DNA of 64,000 nt from Thermoanaerobaculia bacterium. GTDB lineage: Bacteria > Acidobacteriota > Thermoanaerobaculia > Gp7-AA8. A program made the translations under genes and the position numbers. The notes beneath the pieces were generated by a model, which worked only from the letters and a program-made list of their open reading frames with translations, was not told the DNA's origin and made no database searches. Below, in pieces: positions 50,229 to 58,554 of this stretch. Where the stretch lies: contig JADGNY010000017.1 of NCBI GenBank assembly GCA_017883235.1, forward strand, positions 585 through 64,584. Direction: 5' to 3'. How positions within the stretch are numbered: the first letter of the stretch is position 1; each line of letters begins with the position of its first letter.

Positions 50229-50891
50229 GTGCTTGAGCGTCGCAGCACCTGGTCTCCGGTCATCGAACCGCGAGACCGCGCAACCCCGAGACCGCGTAAC
50301 CCCACACCCGAGCTCATCGCCATCGGCTGTTCCCTCGGCGGGATGAACGCGCTGCAGACAATCCTCAGCCATCTCACGCGCGACTTCTGTATCCCGATCG
50401 TGGTCGCGCAACACCGGCACAGGAAATCGAGCGACGCGCTGCCGGAGTACTTCCGCAGGCGGACAGACATGAAAGTCGTCGATGCCGAGGACAAGCAATG
50501 GATCGAGCCCGGCCACGTCTATCTGGCGCCGGCCGACTATCACCTGTTCATCGAGCGCAACGGTGCGCGCGGAGAACTGAGCCTTTCGGTCGACGACGCC
50601 GTACGCCACTCGCGGCCGTCGATCGACGTCCTCTTCGAATCGGCCGCGGAGGCCTACGGCGACCGGCTGCTCGGCATCGTCCTCACCGGTGCCAATGACG
50701 ACGGCGCGCGCGGGGCGGCCAGGATCAAAGCACTCGGCGGCATCGTCGTCGCGCAGGATCCCGCGACGGCGGAAGCCCCGGCGATGCCCCGCGCCACGAT
50801 CGACGCCGTGCAAGTGGATCGGATCTTGCGTCTTGAAGAGATTGCCCCATTCCTGATCGAGGTCTGCCAAACCACCTTGAGCCATTCATGA
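50229..50891 (+). CDS. cheB: CheB-type methylesterase, catalytic domain only (no receiver)
   Basis: Contains LIAIGCSLGGMNAL, VVAQH, RPSIDVLFESAA and LTGANDDGARG. The annotated N-terminus runs through a repeat element, so the true start is probably later or unclear. Confidence 0.85.
   Translation: MLERRSTWSPVIEPRDRATPRPRNPTPELIAIGCSLGGMNALQTILSHLTRDFCIPIVVAQHRHRKSSDALPEYFRRRTDMKVVDAEDKQWIEPGHVYLAPADYHLFIERNGARGELSLSVDDAVRHSRPSIDVLFESAAEAYGDRLLGIVLTGANDDGARGAARIKALGGIVVAQDPATAEAPAMPRATIDAVQVDRILRLEEIAPFLIEVCQTTLSHS
50265..50308. repeat. single-arm copy of the CGCGAGACCGCGCAACC element
   Basis: GAACCGCGAGACCGCGCAACCCCGAGACCGCGTAACCCCACACC is nearly identical to 40246..40288. Confidence 0.8.
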
Positions 50892-52474
50892 CGCCCGCTC
50901 CCGACGAAAATGTGAACATCCTTCTGGTCGACGACCAGGACAGCAATCTGCTCGCGCTCGAGTCGATCCTCGACGGCATGAATCTGAACCTGGTCCGGGC
51001 GGAATCGGGCCGCGCCGCCCTTCGTGCTTTGCTGGACCGCGAGTTCGCGGTGATCCTGCTCGACGTGCAGATGCCAAACCTCGACGGCTTCGAGACGGCA
51101 ACCCTCGTCCGCGAGCGCGATAAATCGCGCGGAACACCGATCATCTTTCTCACGGCCCTGAGCCGCAGCGAGACGCATGTGTTCCGCGGTTACGAGCTCG
51201 GCGCCGTCGACTACATCTTCAAGCCGTACCAAGCGGAGATCCTTCGCTACAAAGTCAACGTCTTCGTCGAGCTGTTCCGGAAGACGCAGGCCCTCACGTG
51301 GCAGGCGCACGAGCTGAAACGCCTCAGCCGTCAGAACGAATTGATCCTGAACGCGGCCGCGGAGGGAGTATTCGGCGTCACTCTCGACGGCCGGGCCACG
51401 TTCGTCAATCCGGCCGCGGCGCGGATGATCGGCCACAACGCCTCCGAGGTGATCGGACACGAGGTCCACCCGCTGATTCATCCGTCGTTCCCCAGCGTCT
51501 CCACGTGCGACGCCGCGCGCTGCTCGCTCGATTCCGCGCTGCACGGCAATCGGGTGCGCGACGAGATCGTCGACACGTTCTTCCGCGAAGACGGGACCAG
51601 TTTTCCGGTCGAGTTCTGCGCCTCGCCGATGCTCGATGACGAGGGGCAGATCGTCGGCTCCGTCATCACGTTCCGCGATGTGACGGAGAAACGCGCCGCG
51701 GCTGCCGCGGCCGAGAACGAACGGCGCTATCGGGAGGCCGAGGCGCAGAACCGCGCCAAAGACAACTTCCTGGCCACGCTCTCTCACGAACTGCGCACGC
51801 CGATGACCTCGATCCTCGGCTGGGTGCAGTTTCTCCGCTCCGGCGACTACTCCACCGACGAGCTCCGCGAGGCCTTGCACATGATCGAGAACAGCGCCCA
51901 ACTGCAGAAGCGGCTGATCGACGACATGCTCGACGTCTCACGCATCATCCTCGGCAAGTTCCAGGTCGACCTGCGGCCGACGCATCTGTCGGAGATCGTC
52001 GAAGCCGCCGTCACGAACGCGCGGCCGGACGCCGCCGAACGCGGTATCCGTCTGACCTCGAATGTCGTCCGTCCGCCCGAGGACGTCGTCGAAGCCGACG
52101 CCACGCGCCTTCAGCAGGTCATCGGCAACATTCTCTCGAACGCCATCAAGTTCACGCCGCCCGGCAAGCAGGTCGACTTGCGCCTGGAGCGCGTCGATCA
52201 CATGCTGCAGATCAGCGTGCTCGATGAAGGGGAGGGCATCGAACCCTCCTTCCTCCCGCATGTCTTCGAGCGCCTCCGCCAAGCCGACGCTTCCTCCAAG
52301 CGCAGCGGCCTCGGCCTCGGCCTGGCCATCGCCCGCCACATCATCGACCTCCATCACGGCGAGATCCACGCCGAGTCGGAGGGCTTGGGAAAAGGGGCAC
52401 GGTTCACCGTGACGCTGCCGGTGATCGAGCACGCGCAGGCCGTGAGGGAGCAGTCCGCGACATCGATCGCGTGA
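50888..52474 (+). CDS. receiver-PAS-histidine kinase (response regulator/sensor kinase hybrid)
   Basis: Receiver region ILLVDDQDSNL...ILLDVQMPNLDGFE. H-box LSHELRTPMTS. G-box DEGEGI..GLGLGL. ATGA overlap with cheB. Confidence 0.9.
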   Translation: MTPAPDENVNILLVDDQDSNLLALESILDGMNLNLVRAESGRAALRALLDREFAVILLDVQMPNLDGFETATLVRERDKSRGTPIIFLTALSRSETHVFRGYELGAVDYIFKPYQAEILRYKVNVFVELFRKTQALTWQAHELKRLSRQNELILNAAAEGVFGVTLDGRATFVNPAAARMIGHNASEVIGHEVHPLIHPSFPSVSTCDAARCSLDSALHGNRVRDEIVDTFFREDGTSFPVEFCASPMLDDEGQIVGSVITFRDVTEKRAAAAAAENERRYREAEAQNRAKDNFLATLSHELRTPMTSILGWVQFLRSGDYSTDELREALHMIENSAQLQKRLIDDMLDVSRIILGKFQVDLRPTHLSEIVEAAVTNARPDAAERGIRLTSNVVRPPEDVVEADATRLQQVIGNILSNAIKFTPPGKQVDLRLERVDHMLQISVLDEGEGIEPSFLPHVFERLRQADASSKRSGLGLGLAIARHIIDLHHGEIHAESEGLGKGARFTVTLPVIEHAQAVREQSATSIA

Positions 52475-52501
52475 CCAGACTCCGGATCACAAGGGAGACC
52501 G

Positions 52502-52612
52502 ATGTGGCACAGACACTCTTGTCTGTGCCGGGTCTCGCCACGACCCAAGACGCAAGCCCTCAGCGGCGGGCGGCTCCGGCTGGGGGCACAGACAAGAGTG
52601 TCTGTGCCACAT
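52502..52612. repeat. second ~110-bp REP/MITE-like element (GTGGCACAGACACTCTTGTCTGTGCC ends)
   Basis: About 90 percent identical to 25841..25950. It lies between convergent genes. Confidence 0.85.
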
Positions 52613-52622
52613 CAGTCCCTGC

Positions 52623-54011
52623 TTACTCCGCCGCCGCAATCTGGTATTGCTCGATCTTCCCGTCCGGCATGATGAACGTCGTCAGACGCAGCGTCTTGTT
52701 CGGGAACTTGATCCGGTAGCGGCGAAGGGTCATGCCGCCGCGGAGGGACTGGGCGGACTGGACGAACTCCTGCGGGGTACGGAGGGGGCCGAGGCTGGAG
52801 GCGAAGTCCTTGATGGCCTGATCGTCGAAATAGGCGTTTGCGTTGGAGGTGAATTGCGCGCGGTCGATGCGGCCTTTCTGCAGCTCGTCGAAGATCTTGC
52901 GCATCTGGTCGGTCGTCTTCGGCGTGGCCGGGTCGGTTGAGGCGAAGATCGTTTTGGCGATGCCGGCGGCGATCTGTTCCGAGGCGCCGGTGGCGTCGAG
53001 ATTCGTCAGGACGGCGATGGCGACGCGATCGTCGGGATAGACCTCGTTACGCGCGGTGAAGCCGGAAACCTCGCCGCCGTGCGAGAGGATGCGGCGCCCG
53101 TCGGCCATGCCGATGCCAACGCCGAGGCCGTAGCGGGAGCCGACGCCGTTGTTCAGCTCCACCTCGGTCTCCAGAGCCCGATACGACTCCGGTTTCAGGA
53201 TGGTCTGATCGATCACGGAGATATCCCACAGCGCCAGGTCGTGCGCGGTCATGGCCAGCTCGCCCGCGGCGAACATCCAGCCGCGGCCTTCTTTCGGTGC
53301 GGGGCGAAGCGGTCCGAGCGCGTAGCGGAGATAACGCATCGGATCCTCGGGGCCGAGGGGAGCCGCGTCGGTGTTGGAGACGGTCGTCATCTTCAGCGGG
53401 ACGAAGACCCGCTTCTGCAAATAGTCCAGCAGCGGCATGCCGGCCACCTTCTCGGCGATCATCCCGGCGATGACGTAGTTCGTATTGCTGTACTGCCACT
53501 TCGCGCCCGGTTCGAAGTCGAGCGCCTTCTTCGCCCAACCCGCGGCGATCTCCGGCGCCGTCACCGGCTGCATCATCATCGGCATGACGTAGTCCTGCGG
53601 CCAGAAGTCCTGGTAGCCGGAAGTCATGGAGAGGATCTGGCGGATGGTGACGTCGCCGGCACGCGTGAGGTCGGGCAGCCAGCGGATGACCTTGTCGTCG
53701 AGCGAGAGTTTCCCTTCCTCGGCGAGCATGAGAATCGCGGCGGCCGTGAACTGCTTGCTGATCGAGCCGATCGAGTAGCGCATCTGCGGCGACGCCGGCA
53801 GCTTCGTCTCGAGGTTCGCGATTCCGTACGCGTGCGTGTAGACGATCCTGCCGTCGCGGACGACGGCGATCGACGCGCTCGGCGCACCGGTCTTTGCCAG
53901 GATGTCGGCGGCGGCCTTGTCGATGCTCGCCCGCATGTCGGCGGGGAGCTCCTGCGCGTGCAGGGCGGTGGTGAGGGCGAAGACGAGGAGTGCGGTAACG
54001 ATTCTGCGCAT
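52623..54011 (-). CDS. serine hydrolase (beta-lactamase/PBP fold)
   Basis: ORF 52623..54647 trimmed to MRRIVTALLVFALTTALHA (signal peptide). SxxK motif GSISKQF. Confidence 0.85.
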   Translation of the reverse strand: MRRIVTALLVFALTTALHAQELPADMRASIDKAAADILAKTGAPSASIAVVRDGRIVYTHAYGIANLETKLPASPQMRYSIGSISKQFTAAAILMLAEEGKLSLDDKVIRWLPDLTRAGDVTIRQILSMTSGYQDFWPQDYVMPMMMQPVTAPEIAAGWAKKALDFEPGAKWQYSNTNYVIAGMIAEKVAGMPLLDYLQKRVFVPLKMTTVSNTDAAPLGPEDPMRYLRYALGPLRPAPKEGRGWMFAAGELAMTAHDLALWDISVIDQTILKPESYRALETEVELNNGVGSRYGLGVGIGMADGRRILSHGGEVSGFTARNEVYPDDRVAIAVLTNLDATGASEQIAAGIAKTIFASTDPATPKTTDQMRKIFDELQKGRIDRAQFTSNANAYFDDQAIKDFASSLGPLRTPQEFVQSAQSLRGGMTLRRYRIKFPNKTLRLTTFIMPDGKIEQYQIAAAE

Positions 54012-54029
54012 GGCGCGGGATTCTACGAC

Positions 54030-54090
54030 GGGAGTCGGGAGTCGGGAGTCGGAGCAACGATCTTGGTTGTTCCGACTCCCGACCCCCGAC
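54030..54090. repeat. second GGGAGTC heptamer-repeat hairpin
   Basis: Left arm GGGAGTCGGGAGTCGGGAGTCGG; right arm CCGACTCCCGACCCCCGAC. Same heptamer as at 16194. Confidence 0.85.
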
Positions 54091-54109
54091 ACCCTTACTC
54101 CCGCGGAAG

Positions 54110-56248
54110 CTACTTCGCCGGCTCTTCCTTCAGCCCCCGCTCGATCAGCAGCGGCTCGACGATCGGGTCGCGGCCGCGGAAGGCGCGATACATCGCCGCC
54201 TCGTCCTGCGTGCCGCCGCGCGAGAGGATCATGTCGCGGAAACGCTGGCCGTTGGCGCGGGTCATTCCGCCGTGCTCCTTGAACCAGTAGTACGCATCGT
54301 CGTCGATCAACTCGGACCAGAGGTACGCGTAGTAGCCGGCTGAGTAGCCGCCGCCCCAAATGTGCGAAAAATACGTCGTGTGGTAGCGCGCGGGCACCTC
54401 GGTCATGTCGATCTTGAAGCGCTTGAGCGCGGCCGGCTCGAAGACGTTGGCGTCCACCTGTTCCGCACCGGGCGCCTGCGTGTGCCAGGCCATATCCAGC
54501 AGCGCGGCGGCGAGATACTCGACCGTGGCGTAGCCTTGGTTGAACGTGCGCGACTTCTTGATGCGGTCGACCAGCGCCTGCGGCATCGGCTTGTCGGTCT
54601 GGTAGTGCTTCGCGTAATTGGCGAAGACCTTCGGATCGAGCGCCCAATGCTCGTTGAACTGCGACGGGAACTCGACGAAATCGCGCGGCACGTTGGTGCC
54701 GGCCAGCGTCGGGTACTTCACGTTCGAGAGCATGCCGTGTAGGGCGTGTCCGAACTCGTGGAAGATCGCCGTGACGTTGTCGAAGGTCAGCAGCGCCGGC
54801 TGGCCGGGCGCCGGCTTGGTGAAGTTGAGGACGTTGAAGACGGCTGGCTTGGTGCCGAGCAGGCCTGACTGATCGACGAAGCTGTCCATCCAGGCGCCGC
54901 CGCTCTTGTTCGAGCGCGAGAAGTAGTCTCCGTAGAAGAGCGCCAGTGACTTGCCGTCGGCGTCGAAGACCTCGAAGACGCGGACGTCCGGCTGGTAGAC
55001 CGGAATGTCGTGGCGCTCCTTGAACGTCAGTCCGTAGAGCTGGTTGGCGGCGTAGAAGACGCCGTTCTTCAGGACGTTGTTCAACTCGAAGTACGGACGG
55101 ACCTGCGATTCATCGAGGTCATACTCCGCCTTGCGCACCTTCTCCGCGTAGAGCTCCCAATCCTGCGGGCCGAGCTGGAAACCTCCCTTTTCGGCGTCGA
55201 TCACCTTCTGTATCTTCGCCGCTTCGGCGCGCGCCTTGGCTGTCGATGCGGGAACGAGATCACTCATCAGTTTGATGGCGATCTCCGGCGTCTTGGCCAT
55301 CTGATCATCGAGCGAGTAGGCGGCATAGGTCGGATATCCGAGGAGCTTGGCCTTCGTGGCGCGGAGCTGGGCCAGGCGGGTGACGATGGCCTTGGTGTCA
55401 TTCGGGCCGCCGTGATTGCCACGCTGGATGGATGCGTTGAACAGCCGCTCACGCAGGGCGCGGTTCTGCAGGTAGGTGAGGGCCGGCTGTTGCGTTGTGT
55501 TCTGCAGCGTCAGGACATACTTCCCCTCGAGCTTGCGCTCCTTGGCGCGGTCCGCCGCCGCGGCGATATCGGAATCGGGAAGGCCCGCCAGCTCGGCTTT
55601 CGTGTCGACCACGATCGCGGAGCCGTCGGTGTCGGCGAGGACATGCTCGCGAAACTTCGTGGTCAGGGTCGACTCTTCCTGATTGAGAGCGCGCAGGGAG
55701 GCCTGATCGGCATCATTGAGCTGCGCGCCGGCGCGGATGAAGTTCCTGTAGTAGCGCTCGATCAGGTATTGCGATTCGGCGTCGAGCCCGCTGCTGGCGC
55801 GCTTGTCATAGAGAGCTTTGACCCGCGCGAACAGCTTCGGATTCATGTAGATCGAGTCCTGGTGCGCCGACAGCTTCGGCGATTCCTCGGCCTCGATCTT
55901 CTGGAAGGCGTCGTTCGTATTCGACTGCGTCAGGTTGAAGAAGATCTTCGCGGCACGCGTCAGCAGTTCCCCGGACCGTTCCATCGCTTCGATCGTGTTG
56001 GCGAAGGTCGGCGGGGCGGGATCGTTGGCGATGGCATCGATCTCGACGAGCTGACGCTTCATCCCTTCTTCGATGGCGGGCTGGTAGTCGGTGTCTTTGA
56101 TGACGTTGAACGGCGGCGCCTGGAACGGGAGCGGGCTGGCCGTGAACAACGGGTTCTGGCGTTCCGGCGGGGCCGCCGGTTGCGCCTGCAGGGCGAATGC
56201 GGCCAGCGCAATGACTGCCGCGAAGATTGACGGGTTGCTCGTTTTCAT
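54110..56248 (-). CDS. dcp: M3-family peptidyl-dipeptidase Dcp (secreted)
   Basis: Trimmed to MKTSNPSIFAAVIALAAFA (signal peptide). The N-terminus NPLFTASPLPFQAPPFNVIKDTDYQPAIEEGM is Dcp-like. Zinc-binding motif HEFGHALH. Confidence 0.88.
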   Translation of the reverse strand: MKTSNPSIFAAVIALAAFALQAQPAAPPERQNPLFTASPLPFQAPPFNVIKDTDYQPAIEEGMKRQLVEIDAIANDPAPPTFANTIEAMERSGELLTRAAKIFFNLTQSNTNDAFQKIEAEESPKLSAHQDSIYMNPKLFARVKALYDKRASSGLDAESQYLIERYYRNFIRAGAQLNDADQASLRALNQEESTLTTKFREHVLADTDGSAIVVDTKAELAGLPDSDIAAAADRAKERKLEGKYVLTLQNTTQQPALTYLQNRALRERLFNASIQRGNHGGPNDTKAIVTRLAQLRATKAKLLGYPTYAAYSLDDQMAKTPEIAIKLMSDLVPASTAKARAEAAKIQKVIDAEKGGFQLGPQDWELYAEKVRKAEYDLDESQVRPYFELNNVLKNGVFYAANQLYGLTFKERHDIPVYQPDVRVFEVFDADGKSLALFYGDYFSRSNKSGGAWMDSFVDQSGLLGTKPAVFNVLNFTKPAPGQPALLTFDNVTAIFHEFGHALHGMLSNVKYPTLAGTNVPRDFVEFPSQFNEHWALDPKVFANYAKHYQTDKPMPQALVDRIKKSRTFNQGYATVEYLAAALLDMAWHTQAPGAEQVDANVFEPAALKRFKIDMTEVPARYHTTYFSHIWGGGYSAGYYAYLWSELIDDDAYYWFKEHGGMTRANGQRFRDMILSRGGTQDEAAMYRAFRGRDPIVEPLLIERGLKEEPAK

Positions 56249-56289
56249 GGGCAGAGGAACAAGGGAGGGGGGCGGTGTCATCCCTTCGC

Positions 56290-58404
56290 CTACTTCCCCG
56301 TAAGCCCTCTCTCCTCCAGCAACGGCTCAACCTTCGGATCGCGTCCGCGGAAGGCGCGATACATCGCCGCTGGATCCTCGGTGCCACCTCGCGACAGGAT
56401 CATCTTGCGGAACTTGTCGCCGTTCGCTCTGGTCATGCCGCCGTTTTCCTTGAACCAGTAGTACGCGTCGTCGTCGAGCACTTCGCTCCAGAGGTAGGCG
56501 TAATAGCCGGCCGCGTAGCCGCCGCCCCAGATGTGGGAAAAGTATGTCGAGCGGTAGCGCGGGGGGATCTGCTCCAGGTAGACGTTGAACTGTTTCAGCG
56601 ACTCCGGCTCGAAGGCATTCACATCGAGGAGCGGTGCATCGGCCGGAATCGAATGCCAGGCCATGTCGAGGAGGGCCGCGCCGAGGTACTCTGTTGTGGC
56701 GAAGCCCTGGTTGAACGTACTTCCCTTCTTCAGCTTCTCGACAAGCTCCTTCGGCATCGGCGCGCCGGTCTGGTAGTGCTTCGCGTAGTTCGCGAAGACC
56801 GACGGCTCCATCGCCCAGTGCTCGTTGAACTGCGACGGGAACTCGACGAAGTCGCGTGGAACCGCGGAACCTCCGAACGCCGGGTACTTCACGTTCGAGA
56901 ACATGCCGTGCAGCGCATGGCCGAACTCGTGGAACATCGTCGTCACTTCCGTGAAGGTGAGGAGGGCCGGCTGGCCGGCCGCCGGTTTCGTGACGTTCTC
57001 GTTATTCGTGACCACCGGCTTCGTACCGAGAAGTCTGCTCTGACCGATGAAGCTGCTCGTCCACGCGCCGCCGGCCTTGTTCGGCCGTGAGTAACAGTCG
57101 ATGTAGAAAAGCGCCAGCGGTTTGCCGTCCGCGTCGAAAACATCGAAGACGCGGACGTCCGGCTGGTAGACGGGGATGTCGTGCCGTTCCTTGAACGTGA
57201 TGCCGTAGAGTTTCGTGGCGGCGAAGAAGACGCCGTTCTTGAGGACGTTGTTGATCTCGAAGTACGGCCGTACCCGTCCTTCGTCGAGGTCGAATTCGTT
57301 CTTGCGCACCTGCTCGGCGTAGAACTGCCAGTCGTACGGCTCAAGGGTGAAGCCGCCCTTCTGTTCGTCGATCAGTTTCTGCATCCGCGCCGCCTCGGCG
57401 CGCGCCTTCGCGGTTGCCGCGGGGACCATGTCGGTCATCAGCTTGATCGCGTTCTCCGAGGTCTTGGACATCTCATCAGCCAGGTTGTAGGAGGCGTAGC
57501 TGGAAAACCCAAGGAGCTTCGCGCGCTGGGCGCGGAGCTGGGCAAGGCGGGTGATGATCGCCTTCGTGTCGTTGTCGCCGCCGTGATTGCCGCGTGCGAT
57601 CGAGGCCTCGTAGAGGCGCTTGCGGAGGTCGCGATTTTTCAGGTAGGTCTGCGCGGGCTGCTGCGTGGTGTTCTGGAGCGTGAGGAGCCACTTTCCTTCG
57701 AGTCCGCGGCCCTTGGCACGCTCGGCGGCCGCGGCGATATCGGAGTCGGGCAGGCCGTCGAGCAGCGACTTGTCGTCGATCACGATGGCCGAGGCATTCG
57801 TATCGGCCAGAACGCTGTTGCGGAACTGGTTGGTCAGCTTCGACTGCTCCTGATTCAACGCCCGTAGCGCGGTCTTGTCGGCTTCATTGAGCTGCGCCCC
57901 GGAGCGAACGAAATTCCGGTAATAGCGCTCGACCAGGAACTTCGACTCGGCGTCGAGGCCGAGCGACTGGCGGCGGTCGTAGAGCGACTTGATGCGCGCG
58001 AAGAGTTTCGGATCGAGGTTGATGGCGTCGCGATGCGCGGCCTGCTTCGGTGCCAGCGCTGCCTGTGTTTTCTGCAGCGTCGGATTCGTATTCGCCTGCG
58101 TCAGCACGCCGAAGACCCGCTGCACGCGGCGAAGCAGCTCGCCCGAGCGCTCCATCGCTTCGATCGTGTTCGCGAATGTCGGCGCCTCGGGGTTGTTGGC
58201 GATGGCCTCTACCTCGGCCAGCTCCTGTTTCATCCCTTGTTCGATCGCCGGCTGGAAATCGCTGTCCTTGATGCGATCGAACGGCGGCGCCTGGAAGGGG
58301 AGCGAGCTCTTTTCGAAGAATGGATTTGCCGCGGGTGGATCGTCGGCGAAGGCGGCAAGCGGGATAAGGAAGAGGAGCGTGGCAGCGACGAAGCGCAATT
58401 TCAT
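56290..58404 (-). CDS. dcp: M3-family peptidyl-dipeptidase Dcp paralogue (secreted)
   Basis: Trimmed to MKLRFVAATLLFLIPLAAFA. HEFGHALH is present. It is collinear with the neighbouring paralogue. Confidence 0.88.
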   Translation of the reverse strand: MKLRFVAATLLFLIPLAAFADDPPAANPFFEKSSLPFQAPPFDRIKDSDFQPAIEQGMKQELAEVEAIANNPEAPTFANTIEAMERSGELLRRVQRVFGVLTQANTNPTLQKTQAALAPKQAAHRDAINLDPKLFARIKSLYDRRQSLGLDAESKFLVERYYRNFVRSGAQLNEADKTALRALNQEQSKLTNQFRNSVLADTNASAIVIDDKSLLDGLPDSDIAAAAERAKGRGLEGKWLLTLQNTTQQPAQTYLKNRDLRKRLYEASIARGNHGGDNDTKAIITRLAQLRAQRAKLLGFSSYASYNLADEMSKTSENAIKLMTDMVPAATAKARAEAARMQKLIDEQKGGFTLEPYDWQFYAEQVRKNEFDLDEGRVRPYFEINNVLKNGVFFAATKLYGITFKERHDIPVYQPDVRVFDVFDADGKPLALFYIDCYSRPNKAGGAWTSSFIGQSRLLGTKPVVTNNENVTKPAAGQPALLTFTEVTTMFHEFGHALHGMFSNVKYPAFGGSAVPRDFVEFPSQFNEHWAMEPSVFANYAKHYQTGAPMPKELVEKLKKGSTFNQGFATTEYLGAALLDMAWHSIPADAPLLDVNAFEPESLKQFNVYLEQIPPRYRSTYFSHIWGGGYAAGYYAYLWSEVLDDDAYYWFKENGGMTRANGDKFRKMILSRGGTEDPAAMYRAFRGRDPKVEPLLEERGLTGK

Positions 58405-58419
58405 GGCGACCTTATACAC

Positions 58420-58537
58420 GTGGTTGCGGGGTCTCGCGGTGACGAGGTCGCGAGGTGGGGAGCTGCGTGCCAGTCGCCACAGAAGTGTTGCAACTCGGCA
58501 ACTGCCAGACCGCGCAACCGCGAGACCGCGCAACCAC
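58420..58537. repeat. hairpin element of the CGCGAGACCGCGCAACC family filling a divergent intergenic region
   Basis: GTGGTTGCGGGGTCTCGCGGT (58420-58440) pairs with ACCGCGAGACCGCGCAACCAC (58517-58537), matching 20 of 21 positions. Confidence 0.85.
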
Positions 58538-58554
58538 GGATATCATGCGCGCCC

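Noticed and set aside
52623-54647. Long N-terminal extensions of ORFs 52623..54647, 54110..56281, 56290..58533, 58033..61563, 61634..63052 and 62767..63744
   Set aside because: The extensions read through repeat hairpins or neighbouring genes and have Arg/Pro-rich junk composition. Each gene has an internal ATG followed by a signal peptide or a canonical family N-terminus.
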